A stretch of 64,000 bases of DNA, taken from Toensbergia leucococca (taxonomy: Eukaryota). The notes under the pieces were generated by a model, which ran no database searches, was not told where the DNA came from, and worked only from the letters and a program-made list of their open reading frames with translations. How positions within the stretch are numbered: position 1 is the first letter of the stretch; every line of letters starts with the position of its first letter. The DNA lies in the NCBI GenBank assembly GCA_022813965.1, contig JALDZS010000010.1, forward strand, positions 186,001 through 250,000, read 5' to 3'. Below, piece after piece: positions 37,131 to 49,500 of this stretch. A program made the translations under genes and the position numbers.

Positions 37131-37232
37131 CTCATGTTTACCCGGAGTTGACCCTGCCCGGGTTTGCCTATTCTAAGTGTGCCTGATACCTAACCCGGGT
37201 CCCAGTGTGCCTCATCTCCGGGTAGACATGAG
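37131..37232. repeat. Short inverted repeat (17-bp arms, 1 mismatch), MITE-like hairpin
   Basis: CTCATGTTTACCCGGAG ... CTCCGGGTAGACATGAG, with internal CCCGGG pairs. Confidence 0.7.
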
Positions 37233-37587
37233 GAATTTGTTGCAGGAGAGAATGTTGTCTCAGAGTCCACTCCAACCACTGCCTTGAGTATCTTGTGTAT
37301 GGAACAGCGCTTAGCTGCATACATGAAACACGCGCACTGCCCCCATCCTCTTTGGATAGGTAGATCGGGCGTTTACACCCATGCCCTTTAATGTGATGGA
37401 TGCCTAGCTTTGATCTTCAATATATTGTATCCTGTCCGTTATTTGCGAAGTTGCCTATTTATATCCTATGTCAAGATAGAGTACTAAACTTTCTTTCCAA
37501 TTCCCTGACCACACGTTCAAGTACATATATTTCCATGTCCAAAAACCATATATCTCCCCATCCGCAGAAGACTCTTGTCCAAATCCA

Positions 37588-39258
37588 ATGCAGTGTGGCT
37601 TCACAGGCAACCCCGATCTCTACGGTATCGGCATCCGTGTCGGATACTACACGCAAGCCGTCTCAGTTTGGTTAGCCAATTTCTTCGTCCTCTCCGAATC
37701 CAAAACCCTCCGAGGGGTAAATATCCTCTTCATATTGGCCATGTTCATCGGTCTCGCCTGGCTCTCCCACACCCCGTCTCAAGTCTACGCAATCGAGACA
37801 TTTTCCTTAAACCAGCTTCTGTGTGCGACCTGGTACGTCGGAGCCACCGAAAAGTCTAGATTCAGCAAAAAGTATTGGAAATTCAGTCCCATGCGCTTGG
37901 TCATCCGGAATCTGTCCTTGATCGCCTTGCTGGCTTATAATATCTGGTTTTGGTGGATCGGGCTCGATCTCATGCAAAAGACCCCTTGTGGAACTTATAT
38001 ATTCTTTCTAGGTGAAATTGAGCTATACGGGTGGTTCAGGTCGGCGCAAAAGGTTCTCTCAGTGGTTGCCATGTGCTTCCACGCCATGCTTACGATTGGG
38101 CATGTTGCGCAACTGGTACAACATTGGCTTACCAGACATGTGAGAGCTCCAGGTTATTTCTCACAGTTGAAAAGACAGTTGGAGAAAGAGCTGAATGTTG
38201 TGGAGACCCAGTCCACCAATTCAGTGACAAGTCTGGACAAAACAGCAGTCATAGAACGGCACTGTGAAGATGGAATGGCGCAGGAGCAAGACACCATTAA
38301 GGAACACGGTCCCGATTCGGAAGTGCCAGAAGCGCAAACTATAAAACCACAAATGATAGATTCGCAGACGACAAATCCAACGGTCCCTGGAAACGAACCA
38401 CCCAACCGCAGACCACTCAATCAACAGCAAACACCAAAATCGAGGGTCTTTGATGCATCAACACAAACGTCCCTATTTGACCCCATCTTACCCACCAACG
38501 ACCCTCCACAGCAATTTATCCATCCCACCCCCACCCTCAGGAAACTCTCTTCAGCAAGCCCCCACAAGCCGCAATCAAGGTTGACTGTCCCACCCCCATC
38601 ATTCCTAGACCTCCTCGCCGCAGATACCTACCTCACGACAATTCTCGCTCCATCCCCTAATCTGCTCTCCAAGACCTACCAGCTCCCGCACACCAGTCTC
38701 AAAATCTCCTTTCCCTCCCTCCCTTCCCTCTTTCGCGCTCTCAAAACAACCCCTACCCAAACCCCCCGCCTGCCCATTCTCGCCCCTCTCTTCCTCCACG
38801 TCTACACACTCCGCACTCATCCCCTTCCAACCTACCCCCACCTCCTCCACCTCGCCCTCTCCTCCCCCTACCACCTCACCATCAACCCCCAATCCCTAAA
38901 CACAACCATCGCACTCCGCACAACCAAGCTCCCTCTCCACAACCGCAAACTCTATCACCTCCCCGCAGCTCTAACCTCGCTCTTCGTAATCATCGGTCTC
39001 GTCCTCACGACCGAGTTGAACATTCGCTGGAACCGTATCGGTGGCTTGCTACAGTGGGGCACGGTGGGGCAACTAGTGCCTAGTGTGATTGGAATTGGGG
39101 GGCTAGCCAAGGTGCTATGGGCTTGGGGAAGGGGATTGGGGGAAAGTGTGGAAGTCGAGGAGGAGGATGGGGTGGGGGAAATGGTGAAAGAGTGTGCAGG
39201 GGTTTATTATTTGTTGAAAGGAAAGAGGGAGAAGATGGAGGAGAATCTGGAGGTTTGA
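37588..39258 (+). CDS. Uncharacterised fungal multi-pass membrane protein (paralog B)
   Basis: 556-aa ORF with CGFTGNPDLYGIGIRVGYYTQ..WLANFFVLS, NIWFWW.GLD, LYGWFR and C-terminal ELNIRWN..GQLVPSVIG; clearly homologous to 29487..31580. Confidence 0.85.
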   Translation: MQCGFTGNPDLYGIGIRVGYYTQAVSVWLANFFVLSESKTLRGVNILFILAMFIGLAWLSHTPSQVYAIETFSLNQLLCATWYVGATEKSRFSKKYWKFSPMRLVIRNLSLIALLAYNIWFWWIGLDLMQKTPCGTYIFFLGEIELYGWFRSAQKVLSVVAMCFHAMLTIGHVAQLVQHWLTRHVRAPGYFSQLKRQLEKELNVVETQSTNSVTSLDKTAVIERHCEDGMAQEQDTIKEHGPDSEVPEAQTIKPQMIDSQTTNPTVPGNEPPNRRPLNQQQTPKSRVFDASTQTSLFDPILPTNDPPQQFIHPTPTLRKLSSASPHKPQSRLTVPPPSFLDLLAADTYLTTILAPSPNLLSKTYQLPHTSLKISFPSLPSLFRALKTTPTQTPRLPILAPLFLHVYTLRTHPLPTYPHLLHLALSSPYHLTINPQSLNTTIALRTTKLPLHNRKLYHLPAALTSLFVIIGLVLTTELNIRWNRIGGLLQWGTVGQLVPSVIGIGGLAKVLWAWGRGLGESVEVEEEDGVGEMVKECAGVYYLLKGKREKMEENLEV

Positions 39259-39884
39259 TTGCGCCAACTGTGAAGGAAAATATTCTGTAAAAAAGGGGGG
39301 AGGAAATGATGCCTTTTTACTTTGGGATTTGATGTACACTGAAACAAAATACACCGCAACGGAAGGAATGGGACTGGAACATTATGATCTTTTTAAATGA
39401 GCAAGCTTCAGCAAATCCTTACAAGATTGTTCACCTTTTTACTCTAGATCCCCCTTAACCTCACCACTGATATAGAGGTCTCACAATTCTTCCGCCCCTG
39501 TTCACACTGACTCCTCAAAATTCTGTAAAGCAGAAAACACCAATTCTTTTCTCAAACGATATTTGTTACATAGCAAGCATGGACAATTTTTCGGATGGAA
39601 TAATGATCTTGAGTCTTTGAATGCACTCAAGAATTATATTTTTAAAGGTAGGTAAATAGCTGAGTCGCGTGGTCGCCTACTCGAGTAGAATGCAGTCTGA
39701 ACGTCCTCGGAACAAAAAATCCTCCGCACATTAATCTCACCAACAGATGACGTAAATATCCATCCCTCAACACCAACCCATTCAAAACAACCCAACAAAC
39801 ACCAACCTACCCCAAAAATTCCCTCCACCTCCTCCGCTCCTCTCACCTCCGCTCCTCTCACCTCCACCCCCCAGCCCTCCAACC

Positions 39885-40474
39885 ATGCCTCCCAAAACAC
39901 CCCTCTCCCACCTGACCCTCCTCCTTACCCGCCCCCTCCGCCCCCTCCCCCTCCCCCTCCCCCTCCACCACCACCGCACCCTCACCCAAAACCCCCAACC
40001 CCGCTACCCGCGCAAAGACTCCCAGCACAAAGACAGCATGAACGTCGAAGCGAACGAATACAGCAAAAGCGGCACCGACGACCAGGCCGCGCGGCAGGAG
40101 GAGGCGGCGTTTGATCCGCAGACGACGGATCCGCAGGCGCAGAAGGAGGTTGCGGGGGAAGGGGGTGGGGTGAGTTTTTATTTTTTTTGGGGTGTTTCTT
40201 TCTCTTTTTCGAAGGGGGGGGGGGGATGGGATGTTTTTTTTTTTTTGTTTTTTGGGGGCGGTAAAGAGTTGCTAATGGAATTTCGGTTTTTTTGGGTGGA
40301 CAACAGGATGAGGGCAATCCCCTCGATGTCAGTCCCGCGAATCCGGACGTGAGTCAGCAGAGGGGAGGCACGGAAGGTGGGGCGGAGAATTCGAGCGCGA
40401 GCTCGGGGACGAAGAGTGACAGGCAGCGGACGAGTGGGGGGGGGAGTCCCAAGAAAGGGAAGCAGGTTTCGTGA
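39885..40474 (+). CDS. Small hydrophilic fungal protein, possible mitochondrial presequence, 2 exons
   Basis: KDSQHKDSMN..NEYSKSGTDDQAARQEEAAFDPQTTDP is spliced (GTGAGT..CTAAT..ACAG) to DEGNPLDVSPANPDVS; N-terminus is R/L/P-rich with no acidic residues. Confidence 0.75.
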
Positions 40475-40967
40475 TTTGAGAGGAGCGGGGTTTTGGAGTG
40501 AGGGAGGGTTTTTCTTTTTTGCTGCTGATTACGCTTTTTGTGAGCTTTGTTTGTGAGTTTTCTTTGAAAAAGGAATTTATTCGAGAATTAATTGGGCAGC
40601 ATTTTTACAAGGTGAAGGATTTGTTTTTCGGGGAAAGTTTGTGCCATAGTCAAGGCATTTTCATGGCTCTGAGTCACTGCAATTATGTTCTTACACCTCT
40701 CTGTACAGACGCAGATGGAGATGTATTTTTTTCAGATCATAGGTTGTAACTCAAGGGGTCAAGAGAGCTAAACTGAATACAAGTAAGGTATTTAAGTTTA
40801 AGTTTTAGAAGCTAGAGCTTTAATTCAAGCATTGTTACATGCAAGCTTTTCTTGCATACAGTGTTCCGACTCCCAGCATTGACACTTAGTTGACACGCAC
40901 ATCTCATCCGTACATATAGCAAATTAACTCCTCGCTCCATCCACTGCAAAACCACCAATTGAGCCTC

Positions 40968-43519
40968 TCACCTGATACTATGAATCAATTCAGCCGTCAG
41001 CAACGGAGGGCGATCAATCTCAAAGGCTCTTTCCATCGCGGCCTTGAAGTGCAGCGCTCGTTGCCTGATGTGTCCGGGGTGTTTATTTTGCAGAAGCGGT
41101 GCATTCAGAATCTTTAGATTACGGTCGTCGGCTGGGATGCGTATTAGTGCGTGGCAATGGGTTCAGAAGTTTCCTAGGGGTGGAGTCATTACCGGGTAGA
41201 TGTCGTAGCTTCAGCAGTTGCCGGAGGAGTTCGTCGTCTTGCTCGCTGGTCCAGGTGTTTGTGGTGGGTGGGATGATAGTTGGAGGGGGAGTGGTGGTGC
41301 GGGAGGGGCTTGCAGTATTGTCTATGTCGTTCCGAGTACTGACTATGCGAGAAGAACCCAGAGGATCTTCTCCGTCAAGATCCTGAGTGCTGCGTTGGTA
41401 GCTGAGCTGCCTCCTTTCGCGAAGTATGGCCTTTTGATTTTGGGTGAGTTGCTCATGCAATCTGATACGTTTTTGTTCGATTTGCTCGGCAAGCCTCTCC
41501 TTTTCTTGTCTTCTCTTCTCTTCCTGCCTGCGATGGCCTCTCACCATCGCTGCGTGGTTCTTACTCTCTTTTATGGCATCCTCGCGTGTGGCGAGCTCTT
41601 TCTGAAAAGCTTTCATCATATCCCGCAAGCTCGGAGAGATTTTTTGTCTGGTCGGATTGATAATTGCATATTTCGTGGATGGCCTGACAATCCAATTACT
41701 TGCCTTTTGGCAGAGCAATTCTGTAACCTCCTGGAGCCTGATGATCTCTTTCAGTACTCTTATCTCACTGGGTATGCGATACTGCTCCTCTCGGCAACGT
41801 ATGGCCAGTTCTAGCAGAAATACCAAGGCCGGAATAGCAGAAATGTATATCTCTTCAATTGCATGTTTCCTCTCTGCTTCCTTGAGTCTGTTTTCCTTCA
41901 GGTGCTGGATTTTGTCTTCGATCTCCTCAAAACAAGAAAGCAGCTGCGCTTGTAGCGTTTCTGCTGACTCCTCCTTTGACATTATCTTGCGGTATAACCT
42001 CCCCGCTCTAACCACTTGTCCGACAAGCTCTCGAATGATTCTTGATTTCAGCTTTGACGTATTTTTGAGCTTCTCCTCTCCTTCCATTCCGCTTACATTC
42101 TCTGCTGCACTGTACGCAGTTCGCCAAGCCGTGGATTGTCCAAAGAGCTCAATCCGGTCAAAACTGTCTTCACCTCCACTTCGGGTTTTCTCATCTCCAG
42201 AATCACTATTTCTTTCTGATTGATTGTCGCCATTCTCCTCAACCTCAACAACATGGTCGTTGATATGGTGATCTCGGGCATCGATCACGTTTCTATGGTT
42301 TCCTTCCTCCTTGTCCAGACTATTATGACTCTGACTATCAGAATCACATTCATCACCATTGGCGTCATCGCCATCAGTATCATCGCCGCCATCAGCGTCA
42401 TCGGCGTCATCATCTTTCTCTTCACCGCCAGCCTCTTCTCCACTATTAAGTCGGCTTCTAACATCATGTCTGCCTTTAGGTATGCGACTGTTGGTTGCCA
42501 AGTCGACTTGTGAATCTTTAATGATAGTTTCGCCATTAGATTCCACTCGGAAACCACCCACAGCAGTGTTTCCTGATCCCTCCATATCGGAAGTTGCCGC
42601 CTCTAGAGGAGATGATGGGGAAGTCGTAGGGTGAGTTTGAACTAGTAATTGTTTTGGCGTAGGGTAAGATTTGTTGGAAGCACTCACTGTCTCTTGGCCT
42701 TTAGGCACTCTGCTGTTTGATACAGTCGCGGGCGCTTTTCTTGAGCGCCGGGGTTTACTCGGAGAGACGACTTTACCTCGGCTTTTGGGCACTCCGCTAT
42801 TGAGTACAGCAATGGGCGCCTTTTTCGGGCGTCCACGTTTGGGCTTGCTAGTTACAGGGTCCGCCGAGACTGCAAGACTAGATATCGCGATCTCTTTTAC
42901 GGGCGAATCAGGGACGGCGAAGGCATCTTTCTCGTCTCCGAGCGTAATCAAGGGGATCTTTCTAGCACCTTTTGCGAACTTTGAAGGTCTAGACAATCCT
43001 TTGACATATTGCTTTTCCAGTACCTTTGACCTCTGATCTCTATCTCCTATCTTGGGGCGTTTATTCGGAGAATTCTGAACGTGCGTGGATTCCTCTCGCT
43101 TTCTTTTTTCCGGGCTGACTACGGCTTTCCCCTTTGTAATGGTGCTTGAGTTGCCTGGAGTGGCCCTTGTAACTCCCATTAATGCTAGCTGGTTTAGTAT
43201 TCCAGCAGGATCCTCCTCAGATAATTGCGCCTGTCGATTCGGCGCTCCGTTCGTAGGAGGTCCGTCTAGCTCCGCATCATCGGCGGCAATTTCTCCTGCG
43301 ATTCCGTCCCTAAATAGAGCGCCACCTAATATATGGTCGTGCAGTACTTTTTGAGCGTCGGATAGATGATCCTCGTTCTCCGAACTCACTACGAATCTTG
43401 TGAGGAAATGGAAGCGTGACGAAGGGTGGAGAAGTGTAATTACCATGGACGGCGCTGGGATTCGCGTTACCCTCCAAAATGCGTCCCGGGAGATATCTTC
43501 GCAATGCATTAAATGCCAT
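40968..43519 (-). CDS. Hypothetical nuclear protein with AT-hook, acidic tract, coiled coil and C-terminal Myb/SANT-like motif; 3 exons
   Basis: KPKRGRPKK, a D-rich stretch and WTSEQDDELLRQL. First exon is MAFNALRR.. at 43519; the last exon ends at TGA 40968 after a GTAATG..CCCAG intron. Confidence 0.7.
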
Positions 43520-43804
43520 TCTTCCCTAGCATGAAATATTATACACTCCTGTAAAACAACGTCAACGTCAACGTCAACCTCATATTTGGAAGTAAGTCGC
43601 CTTGGCCGCGTCGTTGTTTAGCCGCGCGTCACCGAGAAGTATTTTTAATTAAGGAAGCCGAGGAAGCGCCTTTGCGTCCTTTTTATGGTTACTTCTCGAC
43701 TTGGCCATCAATGGAAGCATCCAAAATCCTCTGTATTCGACATCATTTATCCAATACGGAAGACAAAGGAAGACTTTTATCGCTACACGGAATCCCTAGC
43801 TTCC

Positions 43805-45335
43805 ATGGATCCTCCCAAGAGCAATCCTGTCACACGCAACAGAAAAGGTTCAAAGCTAAGTGTTATTCGCAACACAGAGCCACATGCCTTTGTCATCCCA
43901 GTCAAAAGAATTCACGAAGAACACGATGTTCCATCTTTTCTTACGTCCAAAGCCTATAGTGACATTATGACATTCCTATTGCAATTGAATGTTTCAATGT
44001 TTCCCTGCTATATCCAAGATCCAGTAACAAAGCAGAAGAAAATTCAAACGTGGGAGCTTGGCTCGCCTGGTGTCTCTTTTTCAAACACAGTCGTCAAATT
44101 AAGGGGTTTGCTTCAAGAACTAGAAACATTCATTGACCAAGTTCCCCTGGACACAGGGCCTCGCCGTTTTGGAAATGCCGCTTTCAAAACCTGGTATAGA
44201 TTAGTCGAGGACCGAGTACAACAGTTATTAGTAGACCATCTGCCCGCAGATGTTCTTTCAGTGGACGGTACATCAGATATCAGTGCTAAAGACGAGCTCA
44301 TTTCTTATCTTCTTGGAAGCTTTGGAAGCTCGCAGCGTCTTGATTATGGTTCAGGGCATGAACTGAGCTTCTTGGCTTTCTTAGGATGCATATGGAAGCT
44401 AGGTGGCTTCGAAGCTTCAGACTCTGGCGAAGAGGAAAGAGGCATTGTTCTGGGCGTGGTTGAGCCGTATGAACATCTACGCATTCAAATCACATAAAGG
44501 GACGTACCGCTAATGGTCGATCCACCAAGATACCTACATCTCATCCGCCGCCTAATTAAAACCTACACTCTAGAACCCGCAGGCTCTCACGGAGTATGGG
44601 GCTTAGACGACCATTCCTTCATTCCCTATATATTCGGCAGCGCCCAATACGGCACTCCAATGGCTGTCTCTGATCAAACCCCAACCGAAGGCTCCTGCCC
44701 CTCAGCCCCTGACCCAGCATCAATTACAAAACCTCAAGCCGTCGCACGCGAGAGAGGCCAAAATCTTTACTTCGGCGCCATCGGATTCATTTACGACGTC
44801 AAAAAGGGTGCCTTCTGGGAGCACTCTCCCATGCTCTATGATATATCCGGCATCCAATCCGGTTGGGCGAAAATAAACAAGGTAACGCCTTCTTCAACCT
44901 CATTTTCTAAAAGGAAACTCTCCAGCAATAATACAACTCCCAAAATCTGACCAACACTTTCAGGGTATGATAAAAATGTACAACGCAGAAGTACTCTCCA
45001 AATTCCCTGTGGTGCAACACTTCCCCTTCGGTTCCCTCTTTAGCTGGGAGCACGACCCATCTGCTCCTCCACCTCCCCAATCCGCCCACACCGCAAACCA
45101 TCCTTCCAATACCGCTTCCACAGATCATCCCACCCTACGCAATCCTTTACCAGAAATCACGCAAGCCCCATGGTCACACACCCCGACTCCAGCTCCTCGG
45201 CACTCAAACGCCGCGACAGCTGCGCCTTGGGCCCCGCAATCATCAGCAAACACGGCCAGCAATGGATTGATCCCAACACGAGCTCCATGGTCCGCCAAAA
45301 GCGCATCGTCCGAGAAAACAGAACACCGGCGCTAG
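43805..45335 (+). CDS. RRD1: PP2A phosphotyrosyl phosphatase activator (PTPA) Rrd1/Ypa1, 3 exons
   Basis: [84 protein letters not shown] and a Pro-rich tail with three APW motifs. Confidence 0.93.
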
Positions 45336-46527
45336 CAATGTTCGTTTTAATTCCTTCGCAGCAGTCTTCGAAAATTCCTAGCCTAGCTAAGAGCATACAT
45401 ATAAACCTAACGAATAACCGAGTATATCCTAAACCCGTTCGCAGAACGCGAAATTACACCGGTCGGATCACAGATACCCTCGTATCATGTACTTTCTTAC
45501 CCCTACTATCTGTACTCGATATGGAAACCCCCGAGGCGGCAACAGATTCTCCGGCCTACAAGCAGCACTTCTCCAGAACTAGGAAAAACCCACAAGAAAC
45601 AGTTCTTCTGCACCTCTTCACATACACTTGGTTAAAGCCCCTCCAAATGCTCCAAAGCTCAGTACGCGTTATCCTTGGACCAAAAATAAACAGGGATACG
45701 GTATCCATCCATCCATCCCAGTCCTTCATATCTTCCTTCACTCATTCTAGCCCCCTCTCTCCCGCACAGCACAATCTTGTCTATGAAAAAGACGGAGCCA
45801 GATCTCCACATCGATTTCCCTTGGCATCCCACTTCGCTAGGCCTCTGACAGTCGCTGGTGAACGATCAGCGGGCAACAATTGGAGGCATGATCCGGCTAG
45901 GTGTGGGGAGGGTGGGGGGAAAGCAGCAACGGTGCTCTGAGAATTTCTGCCATCTTATCTACCCCATTAACCTCGTCGAGCAAAAGAAATACAATTCTGT
46001 TCACCACCCCCAACATGCTTTATTCCGATAATTTTCCTCGCAAAAAGGCGTTCCGGGCATATGATTTTCTCCATGTCACAATCAGCTTTGCCAACAAATA
46101 TACGATCCCTCCCCCCTTCCTAATAGAGACAGGCATGACTCCTATAAATCAAAAAACTAGCAAAAAAAATCTCACTCACACATTTCGCAGAAGAACGTGT
46201 GCAATGTACGAAACTAAGAAGAGAAATCGCGGGTGGGTATATCCTGAATTTCGATCGATTGAAAACACACGCACGACTTGCCGTTATTTCGGACCGCCGG
46301 TGAAACCCACCTTACTCCCTTCCCCCAGATCGGCGCCGAAGTAGACACAAAGGATCTCCATGGATTCAATCACAAGGTTCCAAAGCCCACCCAGCGTTTG
46401 ACGATCGCAAAAAAGTCCCCGAATCACATCCCTACGCACAGTCCCTTTCCCAGGAAACAAGACATTTACACCAATTTCATGATCAGATAAAAACAACCTC
46501 TCCAATCAACGGTGCCTCAACCAACCC

Positions 46528-49500
46528 CTACCACCTCCTCCCATAAACACTATCCTCAACTACCCTCTCCCTCTCCCTCCCCCCACCCCCAACTCTACCC
46601 CCAACTTGCCCAACCGCAGCCTTTCCACCCCTATCCACCACACTCCCCTCCCCTAAAACCCTAACAGGAGCCACCAACCCCTTCCCCTCCAAGTCTCCAC
46701 CATGATGTCCCTCTTCCGCCTCTCTCCGAAACAAATTCAAAATATCCTTCATACTCAACTTCCCCACCACGGCCCTACCCTCAACAGCCGCCTCAGCAAG
46801 CGCCCGCTTCTTCTCCTGCAAATCCAGGATGCGCTCCTCGACACTGTCGGCGATGGTGAGCTTGTAGACGATGACGTCGACAGTTTGATTGAGGCGGTGC
46901 ACGCGATCGATGGCTTGTTCTTCGACAAACTAATTCAAGGGGAGAGAACAGAAAATCTTTAGCTTCAGGCGAACAAGGGGGTGGGAAAGAGTAAGAACGG
47001 AAACACTCACCGGATTCCAAAACGGTTCCAGTATCACCACCCGCGATGCAGCCGTCAGATTCAAGCCCAAAGACCCGCATTTCAAACTGCACAACAAGAT
47101 CCGCGTTTTGGCATGCGTTCGCAGGCGCTCGAGGCTGGCTTCGCGGAGATCGTTGCGCATGCTGCCGTCGTAGCGGGTGTAGATCAGGCCGTCGCGTTGG
47201 AGGAAGGGTTCGATGAGGTCGAGCATCGAGGTGAATTGGGAGAAGACGATGAATTTTTGTGTGGCAGATTCGCGGTGGAGGATCTGGAGGAGGTGGCGGA
47301 TTTTGGTGGAGGGGACCATTTTTGAGGCGGGTGGGGGGCGCGGTTCTTCGTCTTCTTCGTTGTCGCCGTCGTCGTTTTGGTCGTGGCATTCTTTTGAAGA
47401 CGATGAGGAGGATTCGTCTGACTCTTCTTCGGCGTCGGAGGCGTTGAGGCTTAAGGTTTTGCTTGGGCGCGATCCTATTACTTGAATGTCGGACTCGGAC
47501 TCGTCGTCGTCATCACTGTCCGAGTCTTCGGATGCTAGTGATTCGCCGCCTCCTTCTGCGTTTTCATCATCAGTCCCTCCGGCTTTACCCAGGTCCCCAA
47601 TGGAACGTTGGCTTGAGGGTACTATCCAGTCTCCATCTTCTTCTTCGTCGGAGCTGTCGAGGATAACCCGTCGATTATTCTTTGTTCGTGATTGCGCCTT
47701 CTCCGAGCGGGCGATTACCGACGAGTGTGACTTCTGGTGCTTATGCTTCTTCTCATGGACTGTTCTCAGGTTCTGACTCGCCAAATCTTCTTCACATTCT
47801 GAGCATCGTATGGAACCAGAAGACATCTCCTCTTTCACAAGCTCGATTTGGCAGACATCACATTTTTTCGTCTCTACACTCAGACCTCCTAGGAGATCTG
47901 CCATATCATCTAGCTCTTTATCTGCTACTTTAGTCTTCCTCGGCGTCTGAGAACCCACAGCTTGACCAGTAGTAAGAGCATCTCGATCTTTTGCCATGCT
48001 TCCTCCCACAAGCTGGGGATGATTGCATGCCTGACGAAGTCGCAAAAGCAAAACCAACGCACTCGCGTAGCTGATACTCTTACCTCCCATCATTTGCTCC
48101 AAGCTCTTGTCTGCGCGCTGTTCAAGACGCTCGTAGAATCTCCGCTCCCCAGGCGCAAAATCGGCTACAACCTTTTCAATTCTTCGTTCGGTGATTTTGA
48201 AGCCGTTGTGCTTGCCATCTTTGGTCGAACCTTTACCGCCAGGATTCAACGCTCCCTCTTTTTTCAGCACATCTTTTGTCCGTCGTTTCATGAAGGCTTT
48301 GAGGTAGAACTGCAAGCGCTTGATGGCGACACCACCACGACCGTTGTTCATTGGTCTAGTAATCTGGTCTCTCCATACAGGGAGATTGTCATAGGGTTTT
48401 ATTCTCAAGAATTTGATCAAGCTCTGCAATTCATCGAGATTATTTTGCATCGGAGTTCCGGTCAAACACCACCTATATTCCGCTCGTAAATTATAGCAAG
48501 CCTGAGTGGCCTTTGCGTTTCGATTCTTGATTGTGTGAGCCTCATCGAGAATCACACGGTACCAGTGAAGGCCATAACAGCCAACCTTGGGACCGTCGTC
48601 CTGCTGTGATGAATTGCCATGCTCGGAAACAAGTATCTGGTACGTTGTGATCACAACATCATATTTTCGAAGATCTTCAAAACGTTTAGTACGTTGTGGG
48701 CCGTGGTGAACGCGAACGCTCAGCTCGTGGCTATCGGAAACTCTATTCTTAATCTCAGCTTCCCACTGTTTGATGAGGGCTAGTGGAGCAACGACGAGAG
48801 TTCCCTTATCAACGTTTTTGGAAATACCGTGCTTGAGAGGGATAGATGAAGTTACACTTGGTCGAGGGTTGCTGAGTATGAGCGAAATAGACTGAATAGT
48901 TTTGCCAAGGCCCATCTACAGACTGTTAATCAAATCATAACATAGACAGGAGTAGAACCCACATCATCGGCGAGAATTCCGCCTTTCGGTAGAACACCAT
49001 TCTTCTTTTTGATCCCAACCTCCTTTTCCTTCATCCATTCAACACCACTAACCTGATGTGGCAACAATTTCACCTTCAAACCGTCTACTGTACCATCTTC
49101 CTCTTCTTCCTCCTCCTCCTCCTCATGTTCCTCCGGATTCTCTTCAGGCTTCACACCTAAGGCTTGCAATTTGCTCGTTAGGTCGGAGACTGCGGTTTCA
49201 AGTTTCTTTTTCCGACCTCGTGTCTTTGGCTTGTCTTCCTCGTCCTCGAATGCCCCCTCTAAGAGCGCCTTGATGTTCTCATTGGCCTTTGCTGCATCGA
49301 CGTAAATGAGTGGATCTGCATCACCGAAGTTGTCGCTAAATCTGTCGTTAAACAGCGCAGTGTCTGTAAGATCAATGAAATTCCCGGGATTTCGATAGGC
49401 TTTTGATGAATACCCTCTTGTACTGAAACCTTGAGAGGGAAATTTAGGGGGCGGTGCTGGATAAGTGTTCCAAATAGGGGCATTGACAGGCCTCGGAATT

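Noticed and set aside
45170..46344. ORFs 45170..45940 and 45901..46344
   Set aside because: They overlap the RRD1 3' end and the convergent intergenic region and show no recognisable motifs.
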